DNA of 36,868 bases, taken from IMG/VR virus record IMGVR_UViG_3300011831_000028; one strand, 5' to 3'. The notes beneath the pieces are model-generated. The model did no database searches. It was not told where the DNA came from and worked only from the letters and a program-made list of their open reading frames with translations. Source of the stretch: a virus. Its lineage: Duplodnaviria > Heunggongvirae > Uroviricota > Caudoviricetes. Shown here piece by piece: positions 9,859-18,453 of this stretch. How positions within the stretch are numbered: the stretch's first letter is position 1; every line of letters begins with the position of its first letter. The translations under genes were made by a program, and so were the position numbers.

Positions 9859-10425
9859 TCAGGGGGATTCATTGCTCTTATTTGCCGGAAATTTTCTATA
9901 AATTGTGGAAACACCCACATCAAAAATCAGTGCAATACGCTGTCTTGATTCTCCGGCCTCGAGTAAACGCCCAATCTGTGCCCACTGTTCGGTGGTCAAC
10001 TTAGGACGGCGTCCACCTACTCTGCCTTTGGCACGAGCTGCAGCCAGCCCTGCCCTGGTACGTTCAACTATCAGTTCGCGTTCCATTTCAGCCAGGGCAC
10101 CCATGACATGAAAAAAGAAACGGCCCATTGGGGTGCTGGTATCAATACTGTCAGTCAGGCTTCGGAAATTCACGCCTTGCTGACGCAACTCTTCTATCAG
10201 CGTAACAAGATGCCGCATACTGCGCCCCAACCTGTCCAGCTTCCAGACAACCAGCGTGTCTCCTGCCGATAGTGTCCTGAGCAGTTTTTTCAACCCTGGT
10301 CTGTCGGACTTAGTGCCACTGATTTTATCCTCAAAAATTCGCTCACATCCCGCGCAGTTCAGTGCATTACGTTGCAAATCGGTGTTCTGGTCATTTGTTG
10401 ACACGCGTACATAGCCAATAAGCAT
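9859..10425 (-). CDS. serine DNA invertase (Pin/Gin/Hin/Cin family)
   Basis: MLIGYVRVSTNDQNTDLQRNAL.., catalytic Ser region and C-terminal HTH; start placed at Met16 of the track ORF by alignment to recalled Pin. Confidence 0.9.
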   Translation of the reverse strand: MLIGYVRVSTNDQNTDLQRNALNCAGCERIFEDKISGTKSDRPGLKKLLRTLSAGDTLVVWKLDRLGRSMRHLVTLIEELRQQGVNFRSLTDSIDTSTPMGRFFFHVMGALAEMERELIVERTRAGLAAARAKGRVGGRRPKLTTEQWAQIGRLLEAGESRQRIALIFDVGVSTIYRKFPANKSNESP

Positions 10426-10480
10426 GAGCATCCCCCTGAATAAAAACCGGGGATGATGCCAGTTAACCATTATCTCTGCA

Positions 10481-10506
10481 TTTTCATAAACGTTGGTTTG
10501 GGAGAA
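10481..10506. repeat. gix-like recombination site (left boundary of invertible segment)
   Basis: Reverse complement ttctcccaaaccaacgtttatgaaaa shares the first 14 nt (ttctcccaaaccaa) with the site at 12167-12192; half-sites fit TTnTCnnAAACC. Confidence 0.65.
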
Positions 10507-11079
10507 GGCTCTGCATTACCTGTTGGTGTCCCTGTTCCGTGGCCTTCAGCCACTCCGCCAACAGGCTGGCTGAAATGCAATGGTGCGGCTTTTTCTGCTG
10601 AAGAATACCCGGAACTGGCAAAGGCTTACCCGACAAATAAATTGCCAGATTTACGTGGTGAGTTTATTCGTGGCTGGGATGGCGGGCGAGGGATTGATGG
10701 GGGGCGCATACTTCTCAGTTGTCAGAGTTTTGCTTTCCAGGACCATGCGCACGCTCTGCCAACCGGAGTGGGTAATCCGTCATACCAGATGGAAAGCGAT
10801 ATCTATACGGTTTTCAACGATGAACCAGAAATACCCAGTGCGGTCCTGAGTCCATCGTCGTCAGGAACATCATGGGACGCAACCAGTAGGGCAGACAAGG
10901 TAATCCTTTATCGCAAGGACCTTTCACCAACAGGTAATAACAACGAAATAGCGCCCGGATTACCACCATTCAGGACTTACAGGGCATCGACCTCAGACGG
11001 TGTTACTCATCCGTCCGTGTACGCATCTGAAACCCGTCCGCGCAACATTGCATTTAACTACATCGTGAGGGCTGCATAA
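10495..11079 (+). CDS. silent alternative tail-fibre C-terminal cassette (Sv'-like), promoterless in this orientation
   Basis: Frame reads NVGLGEGSALPVGVPVPWPSATPPTGWLKCNGAAFSAEEYPELAKAYP.. (tail-collar-type fibre tip) directly after the crossover site; opposite strand to H. Confidence 0.65.
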   Translation, partial: GLGEGSALPVGVPVPWPSATPPTGWLKCNGAAFSAEEYPELAKAYPTNKLPDLRGEFIRGWDGGRGIDGGRILLSCQSFAFQDHAHALPTGVGNPSYQMESDIYTVFNDEPEIPSAVLSPSSSGTSWDATSRADKVILYRKDLSPTGNNNEIAPGLPPFRTYRASTSDGVTHPSVYASETRPRNIAFNYIVRAA

Positions 11080-11684
11080 TGGCGAAAGCAAAATTAAACA
11101 GTGCGTTTATTGCCACCGTGGCAGGAGAAATCACTGTGTACAACTACCGGGGCGACACCCGCGAATACATATCCTCATCGCTTGAGTATCTGCCTGTGGG
11201 GGTGGGTATTCCTGCCAATTCCTGTACCGATGCGCCCGGCACACATAAGGCTGGTTATGCAATCTGCCGTTCTGCAGATTTTAACTCATGGGAATATGTG
11301 CCAGACCATCGCGGTGAAATTGTCTATGGCATCGAAACGGGGGAATCAAAAGAAATTACTGTGCCGGGGGATTACCCTGAAAATACGACCACTTTTGCCC
11401 CATTAACGCCATACGATAAATGGGATGGTGAGAAATGGGTAACAGATACCGAGGCACAGCATAGCGCCGCAGTAGATGCAGCAGAAGTACAGCGCCAGTC
11501 TCTGATTGATGCTGCTATGGCTTCCATCAGTCTGATTCAGCTGAAATTGCAGGCCGGACGTAAACTGACGCAGGCAGAAACAACCCGCCTTAACGCTGTG
11601 CTGGATTACATTGACGCGGTGACGGCAATAGATACCAGCACCGCGCCTGATATTATTTGGCCTGTATTCCCTGAGACTGATTAA
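11079..11684 (+). CDS. tail fibre assembly chaperone (Tfa/U'-like) for the silent cassette
   Basis: 201-aa ORF with conserved Tfa C-terminus ..RLNAVLDYIDAVTAIDTSTAPDIIWPVFPETD; start overlaps the Sv' stop. Confidence 0.8.
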   Translation: MAKAKLNSAFIATVAGEITVYNYRGDTREYISSSLEYLPVGVGIPANSCTDAPGTHKAGYAICRSADFNSWEYVPDHRGEIVYGIETGESKEITVPGDYPENTTTFAPLTPYDKWDGEKWVTDTEAQHSAAVDAAEVQRQSLIDAAMASISLIQLKLQAGRKLTQAETTRLNAVLDYIDAVTAIDTSTAPDIIWPVFPETD

Positions 11685-11913
11685 CCTCAATCAGTATTGG
11701 TTCGCCTTTCTTATTAATTGTTAGCTCCATGCCCTGACGAATTTCTGTCATAGTAAAAAACCAGTTGTCCTCCGGTAATTCAATAGCCCCGGTCACGTCA
11801 TGAAGACCGGGGATTACTTCAGTCAAAGTAACTGGATTAAACAGGCGCACAATAAACCCTCCATGAAAAAGCATTTGATGATGGTCTGCCGTCGTACATC
11901 TGGCAGCGGGCAT
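11653..11913 (-). pseudogene. possible truncated remnant of a tail fibre assembly gene for the expressed orientation
   Basis: 86-aa ORF overlapping the 3' ends of both H and the plus-strand tfa; weak resemblance to Tfa N-termini (LFNPVTLTEVIPGLHDVTGAIELP); only ~150 bp exists between H stop and tfa stop. Confidence 0.3.
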
Positions 11914-13228
11914 AAAAGCCGGTATTTGTTACCTGATCATCCACGATCATTGAAACGTGAACATTATTAGGTGTGCTCTCGTAATCCGTTCTTATTCTTT
12001 CTGCGATACTGATAAAACGTGAAAGTTTAGGCAGTGCAATTGGGTAAACGACTTTAGCCAGTCCATTATCATTAGATCCACCGGTTCCAAATACTTCTAT
12101 TGCACCATCTGACCAGCGTACCCATGCACCATTGGCATTAGCTCCTCGCTGAATGACATATCTGGCTTCTCCCAAACCAAGGTATGTGAGAAGACCAGCT
12201 ACATCCTTTCCACTCAAATTGGTAAGCGTATTGTCCAGCGGTTGTTTACCTGACAGCGCATTAAGCATTGTCGTGGCAAAGTTCGGATCATTCCCCAGTG
12301 CCGCCGCCAGTTCGTTCAGTGTATCCAGTGCCGCAGGTGCAGAACCCACCATTGCCGCAATCGCCGATTTCACAAATGCCGTGGTGGCAATCTGTGTATT
12401 GTTGACCGACTGTGCCGCAGTAGGTGCTGTTGGCGTTCCGGTGAGTGCCGGACTCGACAGCGGCGCTTTCAGTGCCAGCGCATTGTTAATGGTGGTACTG
12501 AATTTCGGGTCATTGTTTATGGCTGCGGCAATTTCTTTCAGCGTGTCCAGCGTGGCTGGCGCACCATTAATAAGAGCCGTCAGTGCCGCCTGAACAAACG
12601 CGGTGGTCGCAACCTGCGTGGTGTTATTCCCCGCCGCTGGCGTTGGCGCTTTGGGTGTCCCGGTAAACGTAGGACTTTCTTTGGGTGCATACTGTGAATG
12701 CGGGTCCGGTGCTGCAAGATGTTTTGCCATCTGATCATCCACGTACACCTTCAGCTCCAGTACCTTATCATCCACATACTTGCGGGTTGCCAGCACTACG
12801 GCAGGGTCGATTTTCAGGGTGATATTGTCCGTGCTGCTGGTAATCAGCACCATGCGCACGGTCTGGGTACGCCCGCTGCCTTCAGCCAGTTGCGGCTTAT
12901 AGCTTTCCGGGCAGTTTCCCACGGCAATCAATGCCCCGGACTCATCAAACAGGCCCACTTCACGTATCCACCAACCGCCCTCGTTTTCAGGGATCACCTG
13001 TTCAGCAATAATCTGGCTACTGTTCTGCGGGTCGATATAAAGCATATTCAACGCAGCCCGGCGTTTCTCATTTACCAGTGCCGTCTGCTTTGCGTCCGGC
13101 GTCGGTAATACTCCGCCGCCATCGCCGACCGCCATATGGGTAATTTTTAGCGGCACACCGAGCGCGGCGGCGCTGGCAAGTTTCGCCGCGCCAATATCCG
13201 TCAGCAGGGTATAAAATTTTGTGCTCAT
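11837..13228 (-). CDS. H: tail fibre protein gpH-like (constant N-terminal part plus currently expressed variable tip)
   Basis: 463-aa ORF, Ala/Thr/Pro-rich repeats (TGTPKAPTPAAGNNTTQVATTAFV twice) typical of tail fibre shafts; crossover site embedded near codons LGLGE. Confidence 0.85.
   Translation of the reverse strand: MSTKFYTLLTDIGAAKLASAAALGVPLKITHMAVGDGGGVLPTPDAKQTALVNEKRRAALNMLYIDPQNSSQIIAEQVIPENEGGWWIREVGLFDESGALIAVGNCPESYKPQLAEGSGRTQTVRMVLITSSTDNITLKIDPAVVLATRKYVDDKVLELKVYVDDQMAKHLAAPDPHSQYAPKESPTFTGTPKAPTPAAGNNTTQVATTAFVQAALTALINGAPATLDTLKEIAAAINNDPKFSTTINNALALKAPLSSPALTGTPTAPTAAQSVNNTQIATTAFVKSAIAAMVGSAPAALDTLNELAAALGNDPNFATTMLNALSGKQPLDNTLTNLSGKDVAGLLTYLGLGEARYVIQRGANANGAWVRWSDGAIEVFGTGGSNDNGLAKVVYPIALPKLSRFISIAERIRTDYESTPNNVHVSMIVDDQVTNTGFYARCQMYDGRPSSNAFSWRVYCAPV
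12167..12192. repeat. gix-like recombination site inside tail fibre gene H (right boundary of invertible segment)
   Basis: ttctcccaaaccaaggtatgtgagaa, inverted relative to 10481-10506; encodes in-frame GLGE in H. Confidence 0.65.
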
Positions 13229-13830
13229 GGATTCACTCTCATTGTGTCAATAACATGGACCGCCCCGCCTTCATGCGCGGTGCCGCCAGAAATAATTGTT
13301 TCGTTGATATACGGATAGATCGTGATTTCTTCGCCAAGATAGCTGGCGGCCCCCACCCAATGCGGACCGCTGGTCTGCAGATTGATGGACATGCCGATCA
13401 TGTGACGGCTACATGGTTTGGCATCGCTTATCAGCCGCTCAAGTTCCAGATAGGTATCTTCAGTGATGCCCTGGTCCTGCACGCCGATATCCAGGCGAAA
13501 CGTGCCCGGTGTTTCTCCGGTCTGCCACCACTCAATAATGCGGATCAGGAATCCGAACGGTTCCACCACCCGCCGCACGGCACTGGTAGTTCCTTTATGC
13601 TGATGAATATAAAAAGCATCCTTCACTACCTGGCGTTTGACGCTTTCTGTCCAGCCCTCGTCCCAGCGATCCACAGAGAACGCCCAGGCGAGATAAGGCA
13701 GGAAGCTGACCGGACAGGTAGCCGGATTCCACAAGTCACGCAGCGGCACCTGCAAATCAGAAATCCCGCTACAGGTTTGCGCCAGTCGGCGCTCCAGTGA
13801 AGTTGAACCCGGTGGCAGCAGACTATTCAT
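13225..13830 (-). CDS. I: baseplate assembly protein gpI-like
   Basis: 201 aa; LWNPATCP..LPYLAWAFSVDRWDEGW..GTFRLDIGV matches recalled P2 gpI. Confidence 0.85.
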   Translation of the reverse strand: MNSLLPPGSTSLERRLAQTCSGISDLQVPLRDLWNPATCPVSFLPYLAWAFSVDRWDEGWTESVKRQVVKDAFYIHQHKGTTSAVRRVVEPFGFLIRIIEWWQTGETPGTFRLDIGVQDQGITEDTYLELERLISDAKPCSRHMIGMSINLQTSGPHWVGAASYLGEEITIYPYINETIISGGTAHEGGAVHVIDTMRVNP

Positions 13831-14731
13831 CCGTTCCTCCGTTGGTTACGCTCCACTGCGTACATGATGCCGCCTGTGTTTTGTTCAGGACCACATCCGC
13901 CAGCGGAGAAGCCAGTTCCACACGTTGAACACCCTCAACATGCAGAGCAGCAAAGATGGCGCTACGGCGAATATCCCGACCAAGCCTCGTCTGGCTGGCA
14001 ATGTACTTCTGCAGACTGGCTTTTGCCGCTGCCATTACCGGCTCTGCTTCCGGTCCCGGATAGAGAAAAATGGTGGCTTCCACGCGATACGGGATGATTT
14101 CTGCGCTGCGAACCGTAAGACGGTCAGCCACCGGGCGGACGTTCTCACTGTTCAGAGCTTTTTCCACCACGTCCAGCAGGTCTTTTTCTGCAGTTCCATC
14201 GCCTTCGCGGCTAAGGACAGTCAGCACCACCTCTGCAGGTGCCGGGCTGGTTGCACTGGCATCCGCCACCCGACCGTCGGCGCTTCGGGCATGAAATTCA
14301 TAAGCTGCAGTTGGCCCCGCAACAGAAAGCCCTTCAAAGGCTGCAGGCACACGCAGGCGCAACGCTTCATCGCTTTCCATCACAGCTGCAACGGGCGGCA
14401 CAGCATCATTATCAGCAGGCGTCACCGTCAGGCGTGTCACGTTGTAGTTGGCAGCGAGCTGGTCAAGATCGCCGCCCATCGCGTAAGCCACCATCACCGC
14501 CTGCGCGGCTTCGTTAATGCGCTGGCGCAGAAGCAACTCACGGTAAGCGTTCTCCTGCAACAATTTAGTGGCGGGTTCAGATTCCAGTTCCAGCGTGCGG
14601 ATCACTGCTTCCTGCTCATCTTTCGGATGAAGCGCCACAAATTCTGCCTTGCGTTCGGCAAGCAGCGTCTCAAAGTCCGGCACATCCACAATCTGCGGTG
14701 CAGGCAACTGCGAAAGGTCAATCACTGCCAT
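13823..14731 (-). CDS. J: baseplate wedge protein gpJ-like
   Basis: Start at MAVIDLSQLPAPQIV (aligned to recalled P2 gpJ MPIIDLNQLPAPDVI); ~302 aa. Confidence 0.85.
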   Translation of the reverse strand: MAVIDLSQLPAPQIVDVPDFETLLAERKAEFVALHPKDEQEAVIRTLELESEPATKLLQENAYRELLLRQRINEAAQAVMVAYAMGGDLDQLAANYNVTRLTVTPADNDAVPPVAAVMESDEALRLRVPAAFEGLSVAGPTAAYEFHARSADGRVADASATSPAPAEVVLTVLSREGDGTAEKDLLDVVEKALNSENVRPVADRLTVRSAEIIPYRVEATIFLYPGPEAEPVMAAAKASLQKYIASQTRLGRDIRRSAIFAALHVEGVQRVELASPLADVVLNKTQAASCTQWSVTNGGTDE

Positions 14732-15077
14732 TCTCTGCTCCTGTTGATACGGAAAGGGACACAGGCACACCGTTATTCCGCCGCCCGGTCAGCTCCACCA
14801 CCATTGAACCGTCAAAATTGCTGTTGATGGTGATGGAATCCAGCGTCAACCGTGGCTCCCAGCGACTCAGCGCCACATACACTGCCGACATGACCTGCAG
14901 GCGTAATGCCGGATTTTGTGGCTGATCTATCAGTGCCGACAGCAGGGAACCATATTCCCGGCGGGCAATACGGCTACCCTGCGGTGTCAGCAGAATGTCC
15001 CGCACCGACTGGCGCAGATGATCAATATCAGTAATGACTTTGCCGCTGGTATTGTTCATCCCGCTATAAAGCGTCAT
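14718..15077 (-). CDS. W: baseplate protein gpW-like (gp25/GPW family)
   Basis: 119 aa; ..DILLTPQGSRIARREYGSLL..WEPRLTL.. pattern of GPW family. Confidence 0.85.
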   Translation of the reverse strand: MTLYSGMNNTSGKVITDIDHLRQSVRDILLTPQGSRIARREYGSLLSALIDQPQNPALRLQVMSAVYVALSRWEPRLTLDSITINSNFDGSMVVELTGRRNNGVPVSLSVSTGAENGSD

Positions 15078-15699
15078 ACCGGGCCTCCGGTTGTATCGCC
15101 GCCTTTCAGGACGCCAGTATGCTGATGCGCATCAACCACGATCCCGTTAGAACTCATCGCTCCGCCGCCCTGGGTAACGCCACCATTGATCACCACTTCG
15201 CTGTTAATGCGCGTGCGGTCAGCCTCCAGTACAAACTCACTGGTTTTCATGGTGATGTTGTCAGCAGCCTCAATGACCATTGATTTGATGCCCCTGACAT
15301 ACCAGCGCCCGGTGGCGGGTTCGTATTCAAACCAGCCACCGTCAGGATGTTCTGTCACGCAGGCGTCCGCCGACGTCGACGGTGGTGCGAACTGATTCGA
15401 ATAGACAGCGGGCAGCGCAAAGGCGGTTTCCAGATTGCCGCCCAGACTCAGCAGCACGCCCGTGGTCACGCCCTGCTCGGGCGTCAGGCCCGAGGCAGCC
15501 AGCANNNNNNNNNNCCTTCCGATGGTCGCCACCATGTACGGGCATTCCCGGCACGCAGCGTCAGCCAGCTGATCCAGTTGGTTTCAAGCTCGCCCGTTTT
15601 CACCCGGCAAAGCCAGTTTTCCCTGTCCACTTCGGTGACTACCCCTGTGCGGATCAGGTTGGTGATAAGGCGCATGATTTCGGTTAATTGTGCGTTCAT
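15074..15699 (-). CDS. V: baseplate spike protein gpV-like, interrupted by an assembly gap
   Basis: N-terminal piece (..RTGVVTEVDRENWLCRVKTGELETNWISWLTLRAGNARTWW) and C-terminal piece (..HTGVLKGGDTTGGPV) lie in different frames either side of N10 at 15505-15514. Confidence 0.7.
15505..15514. other. run of 10 N (assembly gap)
   Basis: nnnnnnnnnn in the sequence. Confidence 0.99.
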
Positions 15700-15745
15700 A
15701 GTGAAAGGTTGCCATCAGGGGAAGAAAGGCGGCAGTGCTGCAACT

Positions 15746-15763
15746 TGTATCAGTGCTGATACA
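15746..15763. promoter_or_regulatory. putative Ogr-dependent late promoter element (TGT-N12-ACA) upstream of V
   Basis: tgtatcagtgctgataca, 47-64 bp upstream of the V start codon. Confidence 0.4.
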
Positions 15764-15767
15764 AAGA

Positions 15768-16214
15768 TCACCCCGCCAGCCATTGCAGAATCATGTCGCG
15801 GGTCATTGCCTCAACATCATCATTTACACCCAGAAGGCGACGCTCTGCGTAACGCACCTCCGGTCCCTTACGACTGACGCGATCTCGCAGGCCGTAATGG
15901 TGAACGCGGGCAATGCGCTGCACCTTGCCTTCAAACTGCACGCTGGCAGAGTCGGTGCTGGCGGCAGTTTTCAGGTATTTTGTGGTGCGCAGCTTTGCAA
16001 ACATCTGACGTTTGATACGGCCTTTTTTACTGCGTGCTGTTACCCGTCGCGGTTCATAGCTGCTGCCGTCAGGGTTGCGCTGCATCCTGATATTCTGCTG
16101 CTGTGTCCGGCGAAGTTCCTGCGCCAGCTGGCGCATCATGCGGCTTCTCGAGGCTGGTTCCAGATTCGCCAGCAAGGCACTCAGCCAGTCGTCCACCTTC
16201 TGCAGTTCAGCCAC
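15768..16214 (-). CDS. S: tail completion protein gpS-like
   Basis: 148-aa ORF in P2 order R-S-V. Confidence 0.8.
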   Translation of the reverse strand: MAELQKVDDWLSALLANLEPASRSRMMRQLAQELRRTQQQNIRMQRNPDGSSYEPRRVTARSKKGRIKRQMFAKLRTTKYLKTAASTDSASVQFEGKVQRIARVHHYGLRDRVSRKGPEVRYAERRLLGVNDDVEAMTRDMILQWLAG

Positions 16215-16659
16215 GTTTCACCGTCCACATTTCTTCAGGTGCATCAGGTTCCGCTATAGCTTCAACGCTCGACACACTGCCGTCAGTGCTGACCAGCACA
16301 CGTTCCGTCAGTTGCAGGTTCAGGCTGATATCACAGACATCGTTGCGCAGAATATCCACCTCAAAGGTGAATAGCTTTTCCCGTAACGCCGGGTTATTGA
16401 TGGCATCGGGCTGGTTATCCCTCAGCCACAGCAAAACCGGGGCCATCAGCAGATTCTGGTCGCCGCTGAAATCCTCAATCACCGCGTTCAGTGTGTAACG
16501 GTACTCCCACGACATGGAGCTGGCCCCCGTGGCAACCAGCGAACCGTTATCCACAAACAGATGCAGTTTGTCCGGGTTATTGCGGACATAAGGCACCGCT
16601 TTATTGAGGGCGTGGCGCAGGGATTGTGGTTTGTTCACTGTTTCGCTCCTGACACGCAA
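16207..16659 (-). CDS. R: tail completion protein gpR-like
   Basis: 150-aa ORF between the lysis cassette and S. Confidence 0.8.
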   Translation of the reverse strand: MRVRSETVNKPQSLRHALNKAVPYVRNNPDKLHLFVDNGSLVATGASSMSWEYRYTLNAVIEDFSGDQNLLMAPVLLWLRDNQPDAINNPALREKLFTFEVDILRNDVCDISLNLQLTERVLVSTDGSVSSVEAIAEPDAPEEMWTVKRG

Positions 16660-16891
16660 TAATCATGTCCACTTTGTCTGCACAGACCGCCCAGGCGGCC
16701 TCCGTTTCATCCAGCAACGCGTTCAGATCACCGTTAGTGCGCGGCGTTGCCTGATCCAGCCGACACGGCGTCACTCGCGGACAACCACTGACGGTAAGCC
16801 ATACCTCCGGTGAGTGCCGGACGTTTCCGCAGCCGGATAATGTCAGCAGGCAAAGGAGTATCAGCCCAGCGGCGTAAATCCTCGTTCTCAC
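16601..16891 (-). CDS. lysC: o-spanin LysC-like (Rz1-type lipoprotein), embedded in/overlapping lysB
   Basis: Signal peptide with lipobox LTLSGC, Pro-rich; out-of-frame overlap with lysB. Confidence 0.7.
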   Translation of the reverse strand: MRTRIYAAGLILLCLLTLSGCGNVRHSPEVWLTVSGCPRVTPCRLDQATPRTNGDLNALLDETEAAWAVCADKVDMIIACQERNSEQTTIPAPRPQ

Positions 16892-17162
16892 GTTTCAGTT
16901 CCTCGATCCGGTGTTGTCGTTGTCTCAGCTGTGTGCTGGTCTGTTCTGCTTCGGCATAGAGCCGCGCCTGCTCCCGGTTATTGGTTTCAGTCAGAATGGA
17001 CAGGCTGATAAGCTGGCTATTGCTCTTTGCCAGTGCCTGGCTTTTGCTCTGCAGCTCGTCTGCCTGCGTGCTGATGGTCTGGCTGGCATCAGCCAGCCGC
17101 CACGTCTGCCAGCCCAGCGCCGCCAGTAATAACGTCAGCACAACCAGCAGCAACCGGTTCAT
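16734..17162 (-). CDS. lysB: i-spanin LysB-like (Rz-type)
   Basis: N-terminal TM helix, charged coiled-coil-like body. Confidence 0.75.
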   Translation of the reverse strand: MNRLLLVVLTLLLAALGWQTWRLADASQTISTQADELQSKSQALAKSNSQLISLSILTETNNREQARLYAEAEQTSTQLRQRQHRIEELKRENEDLRRWADTPLPADIIRLRKRPALTGGMAYRQWLSASDAVSAGSGNAAH

Positions 17163-17536
17163 GCTGCTACCTGTTGCGCCATCTGATTACGGGTGATCCA
17201 GAAGGCAATAACGGTCAGTAGATAAAAGACCAGGGTAATAGCCCACCCCGTCCAGGCGAGACTTACAACAATCAGCAATCGCATCACCCAACTGGTAAAT
17301 ACGTTTTCTTTTCGGGTAATTGTCTTCAGCAAAGATGCCCTTAACTCCTGCCAGAGCGGGCCATTCTTAATTAACGCAGCCAGCGCTACCGGAATTACCG
17401 CCCATGTCAGCAAACAGGCTACCCAAACGCCGGACGCTGCCAGTACCGGAAAAATCCCCTGCGGATACACCATTGCTGCGATTAACAGCGCCATCCATAA
17501 CATCAGAAACAGTCCGCTGATTAATTTCTTTTTCAT
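17159..17536 (-). CDS. lysA: LysA-like membrane protein (lysis timing)
   Basis: Start at MKKKLISGLFLM.., four predicted TM segments; position after the endolysin as in P2. Confidence 0.7.
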   Translation of the reverse strand: MKKKLISGLFLMLWMALLIAAMVYPQGIFPVLAASGVWVACLLTWAVIPVALAALIKNGPLWQELRASLLKTITRKENVFTSWVMRLLIVVSLAWTGWAITLVFYLLTVIAFWITRNQMAQQVAA

Positions 17537-17537
17537 T

Positions 17538-18050
17538 TCAGTTTGCTCCCTGTAAACACCAGGCCATCTCCCGCGCACGGCGGTTATCCAGCCCCTGATT
17601 AAAAACACCTTTCACATAAACCCAGCGCGGCAACTGTCGGCATGCATCCGCCCAGCGCCGCTGATTGAGCAATTTCACCAGCGTGGAACTACAGGCATTG
17701 CCCGTCCCCACGTTGAAGGCAAACGACACCGTAGCGTCATACACCTTCTGCGGCGGCTGTTGCTTCACACACCTTTCCAGCGCCCGCTCCACTCGTAGCA
17801 CGTTGGAGATCAGCCCTTCAGCTGCCTGTCGTTCCGTAATAATTTTGCCGGGAATGACGCCCGACGTATTACCAATGCCGTCGGTCCAGACACCCGCGCT
17901 GCACTGATACGGCTGCAGACGACAGCCTTCATAATCGGCGATCAGTTTCAGTCCCTCCTCGGAGGTGTGAAGCTGCTGAAACCCCGGCAGCGTGGCAGCA
18001 ATAGCCAGCACGGCCCCGACAAGGCAGCGTTTAACGATTGATGGATTCAT
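17538..18050 (-). CDS. K: endolysin gpK-like, probable SAR-type lysozyme
   Basis: N-terminal hydrophobic MNPSIVKRCLVGAVLAIAATLPG followed by EGLKLIADYEGCRLQPY..VWTDGIGNT lysozyme motif. Confidence 0.8.
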   Translation of the reverse strand: MNPSIVKRCLVGAVLAIAATLPGFQQLHTSEEGLKLIADYEGCRLQPYQCSAGVWTDGIGNTSGVIPGKIITERQAAEGLISNVLRVERALERCVKQQPPQKVYDATVSFAFNVGTGNACSSTLVKLLNQRRWADACRQLPRWVYVKGVFNQGLDNRRAREMAWCLQGAN

Positions 18051-18246
18051 AGTCCTCCCGCGAGATCTGCCCGTCGCGCAGAAGCTGGTAGGCTTTGTGT
18101 TTGTAGTACCAGTTGATAGCCAGCATCAGCACACCGATCATCAGGCCGCCCAGCGTTGAGGCATCCTTGATGGACAAATCGCCCAGCCAGGCCAGCACGA
18201 CGGCGATGCAATACGTGATAAAGGCGCTGATTCGCTCAAGCGTCAT
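18031..18246 (-). CDS. Y: holin gpY-like
   Basis: 71 aa, two TM segments and charged C-terminus. Confidence 0.75.
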   Translation of the reverse strand: MTLERISAFITYCIAVVLAWLGDLSIKDASTLGGLMIGVLMLAINWYYKHKAYQLLRDGQISREDYESINR

Positions 18247-18249
18247 AAT

Positions 18250-18453
18250 TCAGTCCCATAGCTGGACGGTCTGCACGGTGGTGGTTGTCGGAATGTCCGG
18301 CAGCTCCACCTGCAGCCCGTGAGGTAAAAAGGGGCCGTATTCGGCAAGCCCCGGATTTGCCTTCAGTACCTGCTCCGTGACACCCTGCGTGCGCCCGTAA
18401 TGACGCCAGCAAAGTGCGTCCACCGTGTCATACTGATGCGCACGCACTTTCAT
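18250..18453 (-). CDS. X: tail protein gpX-like
   Basis: 67-aa ORF between L and holin, as in P2. Confidence 0.75.
   Translation of the reverse strand: MKVRAHQYDTVDALCWRHYGRTQGVTEQVLKANPGLAEYGPFLPHGLQVELPDIPTTTTVQTVQLWD

Noticed and set aside
10453-10494. N-terminal 14 codons (MMPVNHYLCIFINV) of the track ORF 10453-11079
   Set aside because: This stretch is read-through of the invertase 5' region before the gix crossover site; the meaningful coding part begins at the crossover and needs inversion onto gene H to be expressed.
13925-14827. 300-aa plus-strand ORF across gpJ
   Set aside because: Antisense to J; Cys/His/Arg-rich artefactual translation.
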